From Octopus bimaculoides (Eukaryota): 37,474 nucleotides of DNA. Numbering within the stretch: the stretch's first letter is position 1; each line of letters starts with the position of its first letter. The stretch covers positions 9,888,826-9,926,299 of the forward strand of contig NC_068999.1 in NCBI RefSeq assembly GCF_001194135.2. The letters run 5' to 3'. Of this stretch, positions 11,230 through 22,224 are shown in pieces. A program made the position numbers and the translations under genes. Below the pieces are notes generated by a model. It saw only the letters and a program-made list of their open reading frames with translations, was not told the origin of the DNA and ran no database searches.

Positions 11230-11375
11230 CCAGGTAACAACACCCACCTTAGCTATCGTATTTCATCTTCTGACAAAGATTATCTAGGACCGTATTATAC
11301 AGTATTGCTTTTCTTTTATTTTTGATGGTAGGGTGTGGCTTGAGGTTAGTTTAGGCTGTTTTTTTTTTATAAGGC
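11230..11375 (-). mobile_element. Repeat family D, degenerate copy
   Basis: tatctaggaccgtattatacag...gatggtagggtgtggcttgaggttagtttaggctgtttt; the reverse complement resembles 9518-9690. Confidence 0.45.
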
Positions 11376-11482
11376 TGAATCACTCTTAGAGGCATATCCC
11401 ATTTTTTTTTTTCATTATCAAGCTGCTTCTGAAGGAGAAATCAGTACGATGAGAAATAGCTTTTCTCCAAGTTTCATTTTTC

Positions 11483-11600
11483 GTAACGCTGCGATGGACT
11501 GGCGTCCCGTCCAGCTGGGGAACATATACGCCATTGAAATCGGGAAACCGGGCCCACGAGCCTCGCTAGGCTTTAAAAGGGCGCTTCTATTTATTATTTT
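11483..11600 (+). mobile_element. SINE 3' half with gcgatggactggcgtcccgtccag motif
   Basis: Motif followed by cgggaaaccgggcccacgagcctcgctaggctttaaaagggcgc and a (TTA/TTTA) tail. Confidence 0.7.
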
Positions 11601-12431
11601 ATTATTAAACCATTGAATACATACTGTAAAGGATGGAAATCGGCTGGAAGTGGGGAAATAGTTACATTTTCTAATGTACATTTCCAAGTAGGCCTTTATT
11701 TGAGGAAATGAGGCTCCTATTTCTGATCTCTTGATTGACTAGAAATCAGTTTGATCGGAAATTACCTGACGGCAATCAAATTTCTTGTTAAGAAGGAAGA
11801 TAATTCTACTACATAGTTACAAGATACTGAATCTTCAAATATTTCACGCGACTGACTCTCTGCTAATAGGTTCCATGTTTTTCACTGATTTCAGCATTTC
11901 AGTAGATGTGTTTCCTCTTCCGTACTATCTCGTGTCAGATATATTTTTCACTTTTTTGCCATATTTACAATGTTGTTGTATACTGTCTCACCATATGTAA
12001 AATTATCTGGTGTACCTATTTTATGAAATTATTCAGGCAAATTGAAACTGACCAACGGTGGCCTCTAAACATCCTCTATCGGGAAATTCATTTTGTTCTA
12101 ACTACGAACGTCTGAAGATGTAGACGCCCGCTTGCACCTATGAAACTTTCATTTATACAGAGATAATCTTAGTCATCTTGTTATTGAACACTTATATCTA
12201 CAAATATGTGTGATGTACGCACGCTACTTCCTTTCGTTTGGTCACCTACATGTATTTATGCACACACGTACGCACATTCGAGCACCCGCAAACGTACATA
12301 CGCACAGAATCACGCACTCACACACACATTTAATTCTTAACTAGGTTTCGCACAGTTCAACCTTGACTCAGAGCACTATCAATGAACAAGTAGTCTCTGT
12401 TCGAGCAAAACTCTCCGGGAAAAGGGAGACA

Positions 12432-12503
12432 GAAAGAAGGAGATGTAATGTGAAAGAAAGAGATGTAATGTGAAAGAAAGAGATGTAATGTGAAAGAAAG
12501 AGA
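12432..12503 (+). repeat. 20-bp minisatellite GAAAGAAAGAGATGTAATGT x3.5
   Basis: Direct reading. Confidence 0.95.
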
Positions 12504-13269
12504 AATAGAGAGGGAGAGGGGGACAGGAAGTGAGATAGTGGAGAGGAAGTGAAACAAAAGGACAGAGAGAGAGGGGAGAGAAAGAAAAAAGGTGTAAGGG
12601 TGTGACTTCGTGACCTGAAGACATATGTTTAGCAACAGAATGTTGGATGGCATAGTTGAGACCAACAGGTTCTCTGATCGATTTGTGCTAATTTGTATTT
12701 CTCACTTCCATACATGCAAATGTATATATACATTCGTACATACCTATTTACATATATACACACACACAGATACATACATATCTACATACATAACATACAT
12801 ATACATACATATGCAATTATATATATGAAATAAGTATACATGTACGTATATTATGTACATCTATATATACGAATATATATATATATGTATATATGTATGT
12901 GTATATATGTATATATATATATATANNNNNNNNNNNNNNNNNNNNNNNNNNNNNNNNNNNNNNNNNNNNNNNNNNNNNNNNNNNNNNNNNNNNNNNNNNN
13001 NNNNNNNNNNNNNNNNNNNNNNNNNNNNNNNNNNNNNNNNNNNNNNNNNNNNNNNNNNNNNNNNNNNNNNNNNNNNNNNNNNNNNNNNNNNNNNNNNNNN
13101 NNNNNNNNNNNNNNNNNNNNNNNNNNNNNNNNNNNNNNNNNNNNNNNNNNNNNNNNNNNNNNNNNNNNNNNNNNNNNNNNNNNNNNNNNNNNNNNNNNNN
13201 NNNNNNNNATATATGCTCCTCAGTGTGCGTGTTTGTGTTGTATGTGTGTGTGTGTGTGTAATTTTTAAG

Positions 13270-13410
13270 TGTTCTACGTTTGTTTACTTTCTTTTATCCA
13301 CTTCCTCTCATGTCTACCATTAAATCACTCCCCTGGCTTAAATGACATGAAAAATGTGTACGGCCATGATTCTATGATGCATGCTTATTCACTGCGTCGG
13401 CTTGCTCAAC
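13270..13410 (+). CDS. Candidate coding exon (phase 1-1, 141 nt) of a secreted prepropeptide-like protein
   Basis: atttttaAG acceptor and C|GTAAGT donor. Reads xFYVCLLSFIHFLSCLPLNHSPGLNDMKNVYGHDSMMHAYSLRRLAQ, with a signal-like hydrophobic stretch ending LSC-LP. There is no internal AG in the exon. Confidence 0.45.
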
Positions 13411-13906
13411 GTAAGTTTGTATTAATCCATCTCTTTGATCTACGAACGAAGCTGTTTAAACTTATTCGAGTTAACGATATCAAGTTTTCTCCGTGAAGAT
13501 TACTAGAAATTAAATCTCTGTTATTTTTGTTTGTATGTATGTTTGTTTGCTTGTGTTTTTGTTTTAACTGTTGTTTTTTTGTTTTGTTTTGCTTTTCTCC
13601 TTTTATTTATATATTTCCGCATTATCATTATTATTATTATTACCATCATCATCATTATTATATTATTATTATTATTATTATTCTCTTCCACAAAATTTCC
13701 ACTCAAATGTTTCTTCACATCTTCCTAACTACCTGTAAAATTGTTAAACTAATTTAATTAAAACTTATCTGCACACCAAAGATCATATATTACTGCCAAA
13801 TATTACTCTGCTTTTGGCACATATGCATAGGTATGCATACACACACACACACATACACACACATGTGTATAACAAATGGAACAGTTGTATATATGCACAT
13901 ACAAAC

Positions 13907-13968
<62 letters not shown>

Positions 13969-14298
13969 AATATTATGTGCATGTATATTATTCGGTGTGC
14001 ATATGTACGTTTGTGAAGAACAGAAACGTATTGATGTCTTAGGCTGCAACAGCTCTGCAGGTTTTACGCAGCTGTTGTTAAAATGTCGAACTAATTTCAA
14101 TTCCAGAAGAGAACCTATGACACCCTTCAGAAATACAGAGTTTGGGGAAAAATTCCGGATCATTTTTTTTTTTTTTGGCACATCAGTACGCAGGAGAGAG
14201 AACTTTTCCAGACAATTTTTCATTGCTTAATTTTTTATTTGAATTTATACATAGTTGGTTTGTTTACTTTCGAACAGTTAGCTAGGATTTTCCCGCAG

Positions 14299-14331
14299 TT
14301 TTGATCTTTACTGACACTTCTCGAAGAGTTG
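14299..14331 (+). CDS. Candidate coding exon (phase 1-1, 33 nt)
   Basis: gattttcccgcAG acceptor and TTG|GTGAGG donor; reads (L)LIFTDTSRRV in frame with 13270-13410. Confidence 0.3.
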
Positions 14332-14406
14332 GTGAGGTTAAAAGAATGGAACCAATCGCAGAGTCTGTTTTATTGCATGGATTTCGTTAAATATACTATA
14401 CACAAA

Positions 14407-14645
14407 GTGCGTGGCTTAGTGGGTTGGGGTGTGCAGCTCATGATCATAAAGTCATTTGTTCGATTCCCATCGGCGTGTTGAGACCTTGAGCAAGACACTT
14501 TATTTCAAATTGTTCCAGTTCACTCAGCTGGCAAAAGTGTGTAGTACATGTATTTCAAAGAACCAGTCTTCTGATATTGCGTCATATTGGATCTCCATGA
14601 AAACTATGTTGCGGGAACACGTGTCTGCGGAGAACCATCGAGTGC
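14407..14645 (+). mobile_element. tRNA-derived SINE family C
   Basis: A box 14412-14422, B box gttcgattcc 14458-14467, ccttgagcaagacactttatttca...ttcactcagctggcaaaa; homologous to 9708-9959. Confidence 0.9.
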
Positions 14646-14781
14646 CAATTATACTAAATAGCAAGTTGGCAATGATAGCCGAAGATGCATGTTAAACCTA
14701 GCAAACTAAGTACCATAATATCATGACGATACCACTCAAGTACCATCGAAATATTTAGAGTTCTATGTCTGCAGGAAAACT

Positions 14782-15022
14782 TTAACCATTTTATAATTAA
14801 ATCGATCATATCCGGTCATAACCAGCCATATCCGGCCAAAATATTCTCCCTCTTCAAACACACCAGATTTAGCCTCTCACTCCAACCGTAGAATATCATT
14901 CTAAAAATTAACAGTTACCTCCTCAAAATCTCATTGATACGAGATAATACATGATTAATTCAAAACAATGTGAATAAATAAGCATTACTTTTGACAGAAC
15001 AATGTGAATGCTTAAGGGCTAA
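14782..15022 (+). mobile_element. piggyBac-type MITE (TTAA-CC...GGG-(C)TAA ends)
   Basis: Starts ttaaccatttta and ends aatgcttaagggctaa (degenerate TIR and TTAA TSD); internal duplication of catatccgg. Confidence 0.7.
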
Positions 15023-15640
15023 GCAGGCCAGGAACTAGCCTCTGTTGAAAGCTATTAAAATACCAGGTGGAGTACATTTTAATTATAATGCATATTTGTA
15101 CTCATGTCTGCATAATCACAGTAAACGTGGTTGTTTTGTGAAGTACGTTCCGAGGACCCTGTTACATAAACATTATAGAAGCGTAATATTTTGAAAGTAA
15201 TTATTCCAAGAATTTAGAGACATGAAATAGGCACCAGTCTTCTAAGCACAGTATGATTCAAGGTATAATTTTATATGATAGTAGTTACTATGCGTCCAAG
15301 ACCATAAACATCATAAAATGAATACCAAAGTTCACTCGAAGAAACCTGGAAACAGAAGTTCGTGTCTTGAGTTTATTATGTAACTACGAATAACCGTTCT
15401 GACTGAAATATTAAAATTCTTTGCAAGTCGTAGCACGTAACTTTCTTATTCGGCGAAGTTTATTTAGGCGGGAATGTAATTTGCGATGTTTTATAATAAT
15501 ATACATCGGTATGTATGTACATGTACATGAATATACATATTTAAGTATAAATACTTACTCGTATAGCTCTATGTATGTATGTATGTATGCTTATAAGTAC
15601 GTAGGTATGCGTATGTAACTATGATTTTATGGTTGTATAC

Positions 15641-15697
<57 letters not shown>

Positions 15698-16029
15698 AAA
15701 TATATGCACACACCCATACATAAACGGTCACATGTAAACATTTATATGCATATATATCACACACATATATCACACACACAGACATATATGTATATATAAA
15801 GTGCGTATCTGCATGCATACTAATGTTCGTCGTACATATAAACCCTCATGTATATGTGTATGTTCACTACGTAAGTATATATAGAACCTATTTCATAATA
15901 ATAAACAGTATAATTCCCTTAGATCATCTTCAAGCAATACGTGTGTGTGTATAAATATATATATACATATATNNNNNNNNNNNATATATATATATATATA
16001 CACACACGGCCGGTCGTTGTCCATACAAC

Positions 16030-16410
16030 ATCGATATTCCTCCCTGTGCCAATGAAACCTTGTAACCCTGCCGTAAGGTTTTATTTCCACACACGCCAGT
16101 TTAATGTAAATCGTCCTTATTCGAGCGACACCTGTTGTTATGTCCTGGTATTATTTTTATTGTACTCGTGTAACATTGTTCGTTTTTTTCGGCCCTTGTT
16201 TTTGTATACATTCGCTGCTTTCTTCCGAGGAATCTAATGCTCTTAGCTTAGTTTTTCCTTGGGGCTGGCCAGATTGGAGCAATCTCGAGTACAACCAGCC
16301 GAAATTGCAAAGATAATCTGGAACCTGATTGAGGAAAGAAAACTCCGAATGACTGTCCTTGTTTGCTTTGTATCGTCTATCTGGATGTTTTGTTGTCCAT
16401 TTCTTGTAGA
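16030..16410 (+). mobile_element. Interspersed repeat, possibly a Penelope-like 3' end/pLTR
   Basis: The sequence matches my recollection of a common Octopus repeat; it contains a degenerate hammerhead-like core at 16325-16357. Class is inferred. Confidence 0.4.
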
Positions 16411-16469
16411 CACCCTGTACAGCCTCTACTAGCTACCATGTTTCAAAATCCGTGATTCAATATATTTTA

Positions 16470-16638
16470 GGTTCTGGATTTTGTCTCGATCACATCCTCG
16501 GTTTAAATGCAATGGACGACTTCAATTATGTATTGTTATTTTTTAAAATCTGTTTGTCGTTATAGTTTTAACTATATCCCTAACGTTTTCAATGACGGAC
16601 ACTATTTTCAGACGCGCTTCAAGTGCAGACATCCTGTA
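16470..16638 (+). mobile_element. 3' end of a Tc1/mariner (maT-like) element
   Basis: Ends ...agacatcctg-TA (reverse complement TA-CAGGATGTCT, a typical Tc1/mariner terminus); upstream aatggacgacttc resembles the ...NGDFIE* end of the transposase. Confidence 0.35.
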
Positions 16639-17045
16639 TAGCCTCTACTAGCATGTTTCAAAATCCGTGAAATACCATTAGTAGTAGAATGAGGCCAGCT
16701 GTTGTTGCTTTAATACTAACCATCGATATTCATAATTAATCCCAGTAGTGAAGGCCCAAACCAAATGATAAAATAAAATGCAGTTGAAAGCAAATCAGTC
16801 TAACTTCAAACAATTCAAAACGCAAACATCCATTATGGTATATTTGAATGCCTACAAATTACTTTGCTTCGATTATCGAGGTTACTTTAATTTGTTTTCG
16901 ATTTTAAAAATAATTTGCTTCACGTTTACTTTGATTTGCTTCGATATTGTTTTAATTTCTACTTGAAAAGTTACATAATATCGAACCACTTAAACTATAT
17001 ACTTTAATGAGTATGTGGTTTCCTGAACTTAACGTTAAAACTTAG

Positions 17046-17089
17046 CTTCCGGAAAAAGAATGATGGAGGATCCATTCACTCTTCCGAAT
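17046..17089 (+). CDS. Candidate coding exon (phase 1-0, 44 nt) with a GKR processing site
   Basis: cttaac branch-like motif, aacttAG acceptor, AAT|GTAAGA donor; reads xSGKRMMEDPFTLPN in frame with the upstream candidates. Confidence 0.4.
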
Positions 17090-17635
17090 GTAAGATAATT
17101 CTGTAATAACAGAAACGTTACTTGTGACATTGAAATATTTCAAAATATTTTAAAATGTTCTCCTATTTTAAAGTAATAATCACTGAGAGAGATTCATTAA
17201 GAACATCGGTAGGAAAGTGGACGAAAATGTGATATACCAGTGTTTGGTTCTGTGTGTGTATCCCTCATAATATCTCGCCTTTTCACAAAATAGTGTTAGC
17301 TTTTGAAATTTTATACACACTGCAATAAGCCTAAACAAATATTTTGGAACATATTTCAACCAGAGGGAGACCCGATCGATATAAGCAATACAATTTTACA
17401 AGGGACAAAGTTGTTTATAAATTGATCAGAAAAGAGACAGACAGACATGCAAGCAGACAGGTAGGGTGCCAGACAGACAGATAGATAAATAAATAGATAA
17501 AGAGAGGGAGAGAAAGGCGAGAGAGATAATCCAAAACTATTAAGACCAAATGCTCTAAATTTCGAGTTATTCATAAAAAGCTACGGACGTTAAGTGAAAA
17601 TTTAGCAGCCATTTTAAAAATTACAATCGAATTGT

Positions 17636-17866
17636 TTCAAATTTGGGCACAAGGCCAAGATATATATATATTCTTTTTTTTTTGTTTTTGGTGGGGAGGA
17701 TCAATTAATTATCTAGACGGCAGGCAGTCGATTAACCTAAGATCGACTGGTACTTTATTTTAACGATCTCAACAGGCAAAATAAAATTCAAAACAGCACG
17801 TACAGAGCCGACATAAATATTGCTATTTTGTGCGACACACTAACGGTTCTACAAGCACGCTGCCTT
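17636..17866 (-). mobile_element. SINE family A, degenerate copy
   Basis: tttgggcacaaggcc...cgactggtactttattt...ctaacggttctacaagcacgctgcctt; homologous to 28448-28663. Confidence 0.75.
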
Positions 17867-18480
17867 AGACTTCTAATTGATCGGACGGTTTGCTTCCGAA
17901 TATTTCCAAATATTTCATGGAACTGGTAAGTCAAGTAAAGGATCCGTCATACTGATCTTTTTTTATTTTTCACTTGGAAGTGGTTTATTATATAAACATA
18001 ACTATGTACTGAATGTCCGAGAACTAATTATCTAAGAATGAAGCGAGCGAATGGCGATTGTAGATATTTGTCCTGGGTGCGCTCTGACTGGCAAATCCTA
18101 CGATCAAAGTCGTTGTAGCTATGACAATCAACGACCATGTTCAGAAATCGCATTTCAAGGACCGCATGATCCAATGATTATAATCATGGGATTTTTCGGT
18201 TCTTATAGCTGTCAACGTCCTATATTATTATTTCAGGGAAGACTACGGTATAATTTGTAGCTGGCTGTCACTTACACGTCATAATAAAATATGATAGAAG
18301 GGAAATTCAATTTCTGTTTCTTGCAAGCCGAGCGATTCGTATCCAGGTTCGATTTTGGTTGGATATGGCAGAATATGATATACAAGTGAAACGACAGTTA
18401 TTTCAGACCTGTCTAAAGAGCAGCTTGAGGTTTCATCAATGTCCTTATACGTTGCTCTATAGTTCTATAAAACATATCAT

Positions 18481-18576
<96 letters not shown>
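18481..18576 (+). repeat. (TC)n(AC)n compound microsatellite
   Basis: Direct reading. Confidence 0.96.
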
Positions 18577-18579
<3 letters not shown>

Positions 18580-20039
18580 CATTAATATATTTGCAATGGG
18601 ATTCTTATATTTAACAGTTTAAAATTTAGAAGACGCAAACAGTCCTCATGAAAACAAAAGAATATCTTGCTCACCTGAAAAGTAATGTAATCCACGAATT
18701 TGGTAATCTTGGACTTGCAACCCGACCTAACAATTCTTATCATCCTACGACTAAACAGGAAGGTTACAGCAAATTGCTTTCAATCATTCTTCGACAGGAT
18801 TGCAACTGGAATTCCCTCATGCTTCATCTGTTGCCTTTCGTGCTACAAGTGTTGAAAAAGAAAATGGCAGCATTGCTTTCGTTAGTCTTGGAAAATTTAC
18901 AAAGGTCAAGGACGCGGATGGTGGCCATTGTCATTCAAATATTTTGGAAAATATAACAAACAAATACAGAAACACATGCATGAAAAGCTTATTTGGGAGT
19001 TTGTAAACGACAGTGCAATGTTAAAGACCGCATCTATGGATATTTGCGAATAGTTGTGTATGTAAATGTGAGGTTTTTCTTTCTTCGTATTTTTAGATGT
19101 AAACATGCAAGGTCATGAATATCTGGGTGTCAATGTTTGTGTGTGTATGTGTATGTGTGTGTGTGTGTGTGTGTATGCGTGTGTGTGTATGTTTGTGTAT
19201 GTGTGTGTGTGTGTGCGCGTAAATGTCGCTGTGACTGTCTGTGAACATGTGAGTTGTAGTGAGTATGCCGCTTGTTAATATTATCAGAGGCGCTGTTTGT
19301 TCTAGATGAGAGCGTTAGATAGCTTAGCATGCAATTGCTGTTATTGTTGTTGCTACTGCTGCTGCTGCTGCTGTTGTTGTTGTTTTCATAGTAGGAAGTA
19401 CGTCTTGGCATGTAAAATTAACTTCCTTGAATAGAAGTAAGGTTTTTGAAGCTACAGACATGTCTGTGATTTAAATGTATCCTTTGTATTAGGATAGTTT
19501 AATGGATTTCATAAATAAGAAATAAAAAATATTATAAGATCGAGAAAGAACGGAAAAAATAAAATAATAATAACTAAAATCCATGTTGTATATGTATGTG
19601 TTTCAATGAATTACACAGAGGGCTGCGTATATATATAAAAAAAAAGAATGCACACACATGAATTCATACATACAAATATTTATATGTATACAATCAGAGT
19701 CGCACATAAAGGCATGTATACACATATATGAAAGAATGTACACTATAACACATAACATAATACTCATTATTCATACACATTCGTACATATACACGCTTAC
19801 TAACAAAGACACAGAAACATACACATCGAACACACACACACACACGCACACACACACATACACACATATATATATGAATGGTAGAAAGGAAGCCGCAGAC
19901 ATAAATTGAAAGACAGTTAAATCCACAAACTTACAAGCCAAAATACATCAACCAGGCAAATCATACTAGCTCAGGCAGACATGTTTGAGCGTCGATATGC
20001 ACGTCAGTATGAGCCTGTTTGTCCACACGTACGTGTATG

Positions 20040-20073
<34 letters not shown>

Positions 20074-20874
20074 NNNNNNNNNNNNNNNNNNNNNNNNNNN
20101 NNNNNNNNNNNNNNNNNNNNNNNNNNNNNNNNNNNNNNNNNNNNNNNNNNNNNNNNNNNNNNNNNNNNNNNNNNNNNNNNNNNNNNNNNNNNNNNNNNNN
20201 NNNNNNNNNNNNNNNNNNNNNNNNNNNNNNNNNNNNNNNNNNNNNNNNNNNNNNNNNNNNNNNNNNNNNNNNNNNNNNNNNNNNNNNNNNNNNNNNNNNN
20301 NNNNNNNNNNNNNNNNNNNNNNNNNNNNNNNNNNNNNNNNNNNNNNNNNNNNNNNNNNNNNNNNNNNNNNNNNNNNNNNNNNNNNNNNNNNNNNNNNNNN
20401 NNNNNNNNNNNNNNNNNNNNNNNNNNNNNNNNNNNNNNNNNNNNNNNNNNNNNNNNNNNNNNNNNNNNNNNNNNNNNNNNNNNNNNNNNNNNNNNNNNNN
20501 NNNNNNNNNNNNNNNNNNNNNNNNNNNNNNNNNNNNNNNNNNNNNNNNNNNNNNNNNNNNNNNNNNNNNNNNNNNNNNNNNNNNNNNNNNNNNNNNNNNN
20601 NNNNNNNNNNNNNNNNNNNNNNNNNNNNNNNNNNNNNNNNNNNNNNNNNNNNNNNNNNNNNNNNNNNNNNNNNNNNNNNNNNNNNNNNNNNNNNNNNNNN
20701 NNNNNNNNNNNNNNNNNNNNNNNNNNNNNNNNNNNNNNNNNNNNNNNNNNNNNNNNNNNNNNNNNNNNNNNNNNNNNNNNNNNNNNNNNNNNNNNNNNNN
20801 NNNNNNNNNNNNNNNNNNNNNNNNNNNNNNNNNNNNNNNNNNNNNNNNNNNNNNNNNNNNNNNNNNNNNNNNNN

Positions 20875-20917
<43 letters not shown>

Positions 20918-21236
20918 ATATCTTTGGTGGGATTAAGTTTTATGTAAAAAATTCATATTACTCAAGTAAAAAGTAGTGCGATATATCTTCTAGACAAATA
21001 AAATTAGAGGTGTATCTCTTCTTTGATAAACTCCGAGTTTCTTGGCGTGAAATGTGCACGGATAGAAGAAAGTGCCATTGCTTCTAAAACACTCCATTTT
21101 GTATTTTTTTATTAGTTCCAAACCCAGTTCGTCAAGGAACATTAGTAAGTGCATGGGTGTATTTGCATATATACATATACATACATATATATATATTTGC
21201 GTGTGTATGTGTGTATGCGCGCCTGCATACACACAT

Positions 21237-21240
21237 CTAT

Positions 21241-21295
<55 letters not shown>
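21237..21295 (+). repeat. (ATAG)n microsatellite
   Basis: Direct reading. Confidence 0.97.
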
Positions 21296-22122
21296 TTGCA
21301 GTCATGTAACTTTACAGTTATTGATACTGTAAATTATTCATTTCATTGCTCAGTGAATGATGACAGATCAACATGATACAGTGGACGTAGGGGTAGAAAT
21401 AGCAGTGATGACATTTCTCTCTGAATCAGTAAAAGTATGGCGTTTCACTAGTATAGCCTGTCATTCGCTGAATGCCGATTTAACTGATGAGAGTCTGAGT
21501 CAGCAGCAGGTGGGTTCTATTATCAACAACACCTTTAACAGCTGCAGTGGTGACAACACGATCCGGCTTGCAAAATAATTCTATATTCTCTTGTTGAGAA
21601 TACGGTGTGATTTTCAGACAAGATCTTCAATATGATTCTTATTTGAATTGTTTATCTGCCTTGTAGTCATGATGTGAAAAATATAATGCTGACTGTTGTG
21701 TACTCTTTGAAGGCAGGAGGGTAGTCATACTCAAAGTTGAAGTCGGAAGCCAACACTGACCGTCACGCTCAGTTATATATATATATATGTATATATGNNN
21801 NNNNNNNNNNNNNNNNNNNNNNNNNNNNNNNNNNNNNNNNNNNNNNNNNNNNNNNNNNNNNNNNNNNNNNNNNNNNNNNNNNNNNNNNNNNNNNNNNNNN
21901 NNNNNNNNNNNNNNNNNNNNNNNNNNNNNNNNNNNNNNNNNNNNNNNNNNNNNNNNNNNNNNNNNNNNNNNNNNNNNNNNNNNNNNNNNNNNNNNNNNNN
22001 NNNNNNNNNNNNNNNNNNNNNNNNNNNNNNNNNNNNNNNNNNNNNNNNNNNNNNNNNNNNNNATATACACGAACATATGTATAGATATATGTGTGTGTAT
22101 ATACGTATATGTATATATATGC

Positions 22123-22166
<44 letters not shown>

Positions 22167-22224
22167 ATAAAGGGACAAAATGATTTAATAAATTAAATCA
22201 TGTATCTAGAATGCACACAGTGAA

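Noticed and set aside
9708-14645. tRNA-like heads with A and B boxes at 9959 (minus) and 14407 (plus)
   Set aside because: They continue into shared SINE bodies and lack a complete cloverleaf; they are SINEs, not tRNA genes.
21560-21745. Cadherin-like DxNDxxPxF motifs on the minus strand (protocadherin pseudogene)
   Set aside because: The two look-alike motifs are only about 40 codons apart instead of about 110, and no DRE or AxDxGxP motifs are found.
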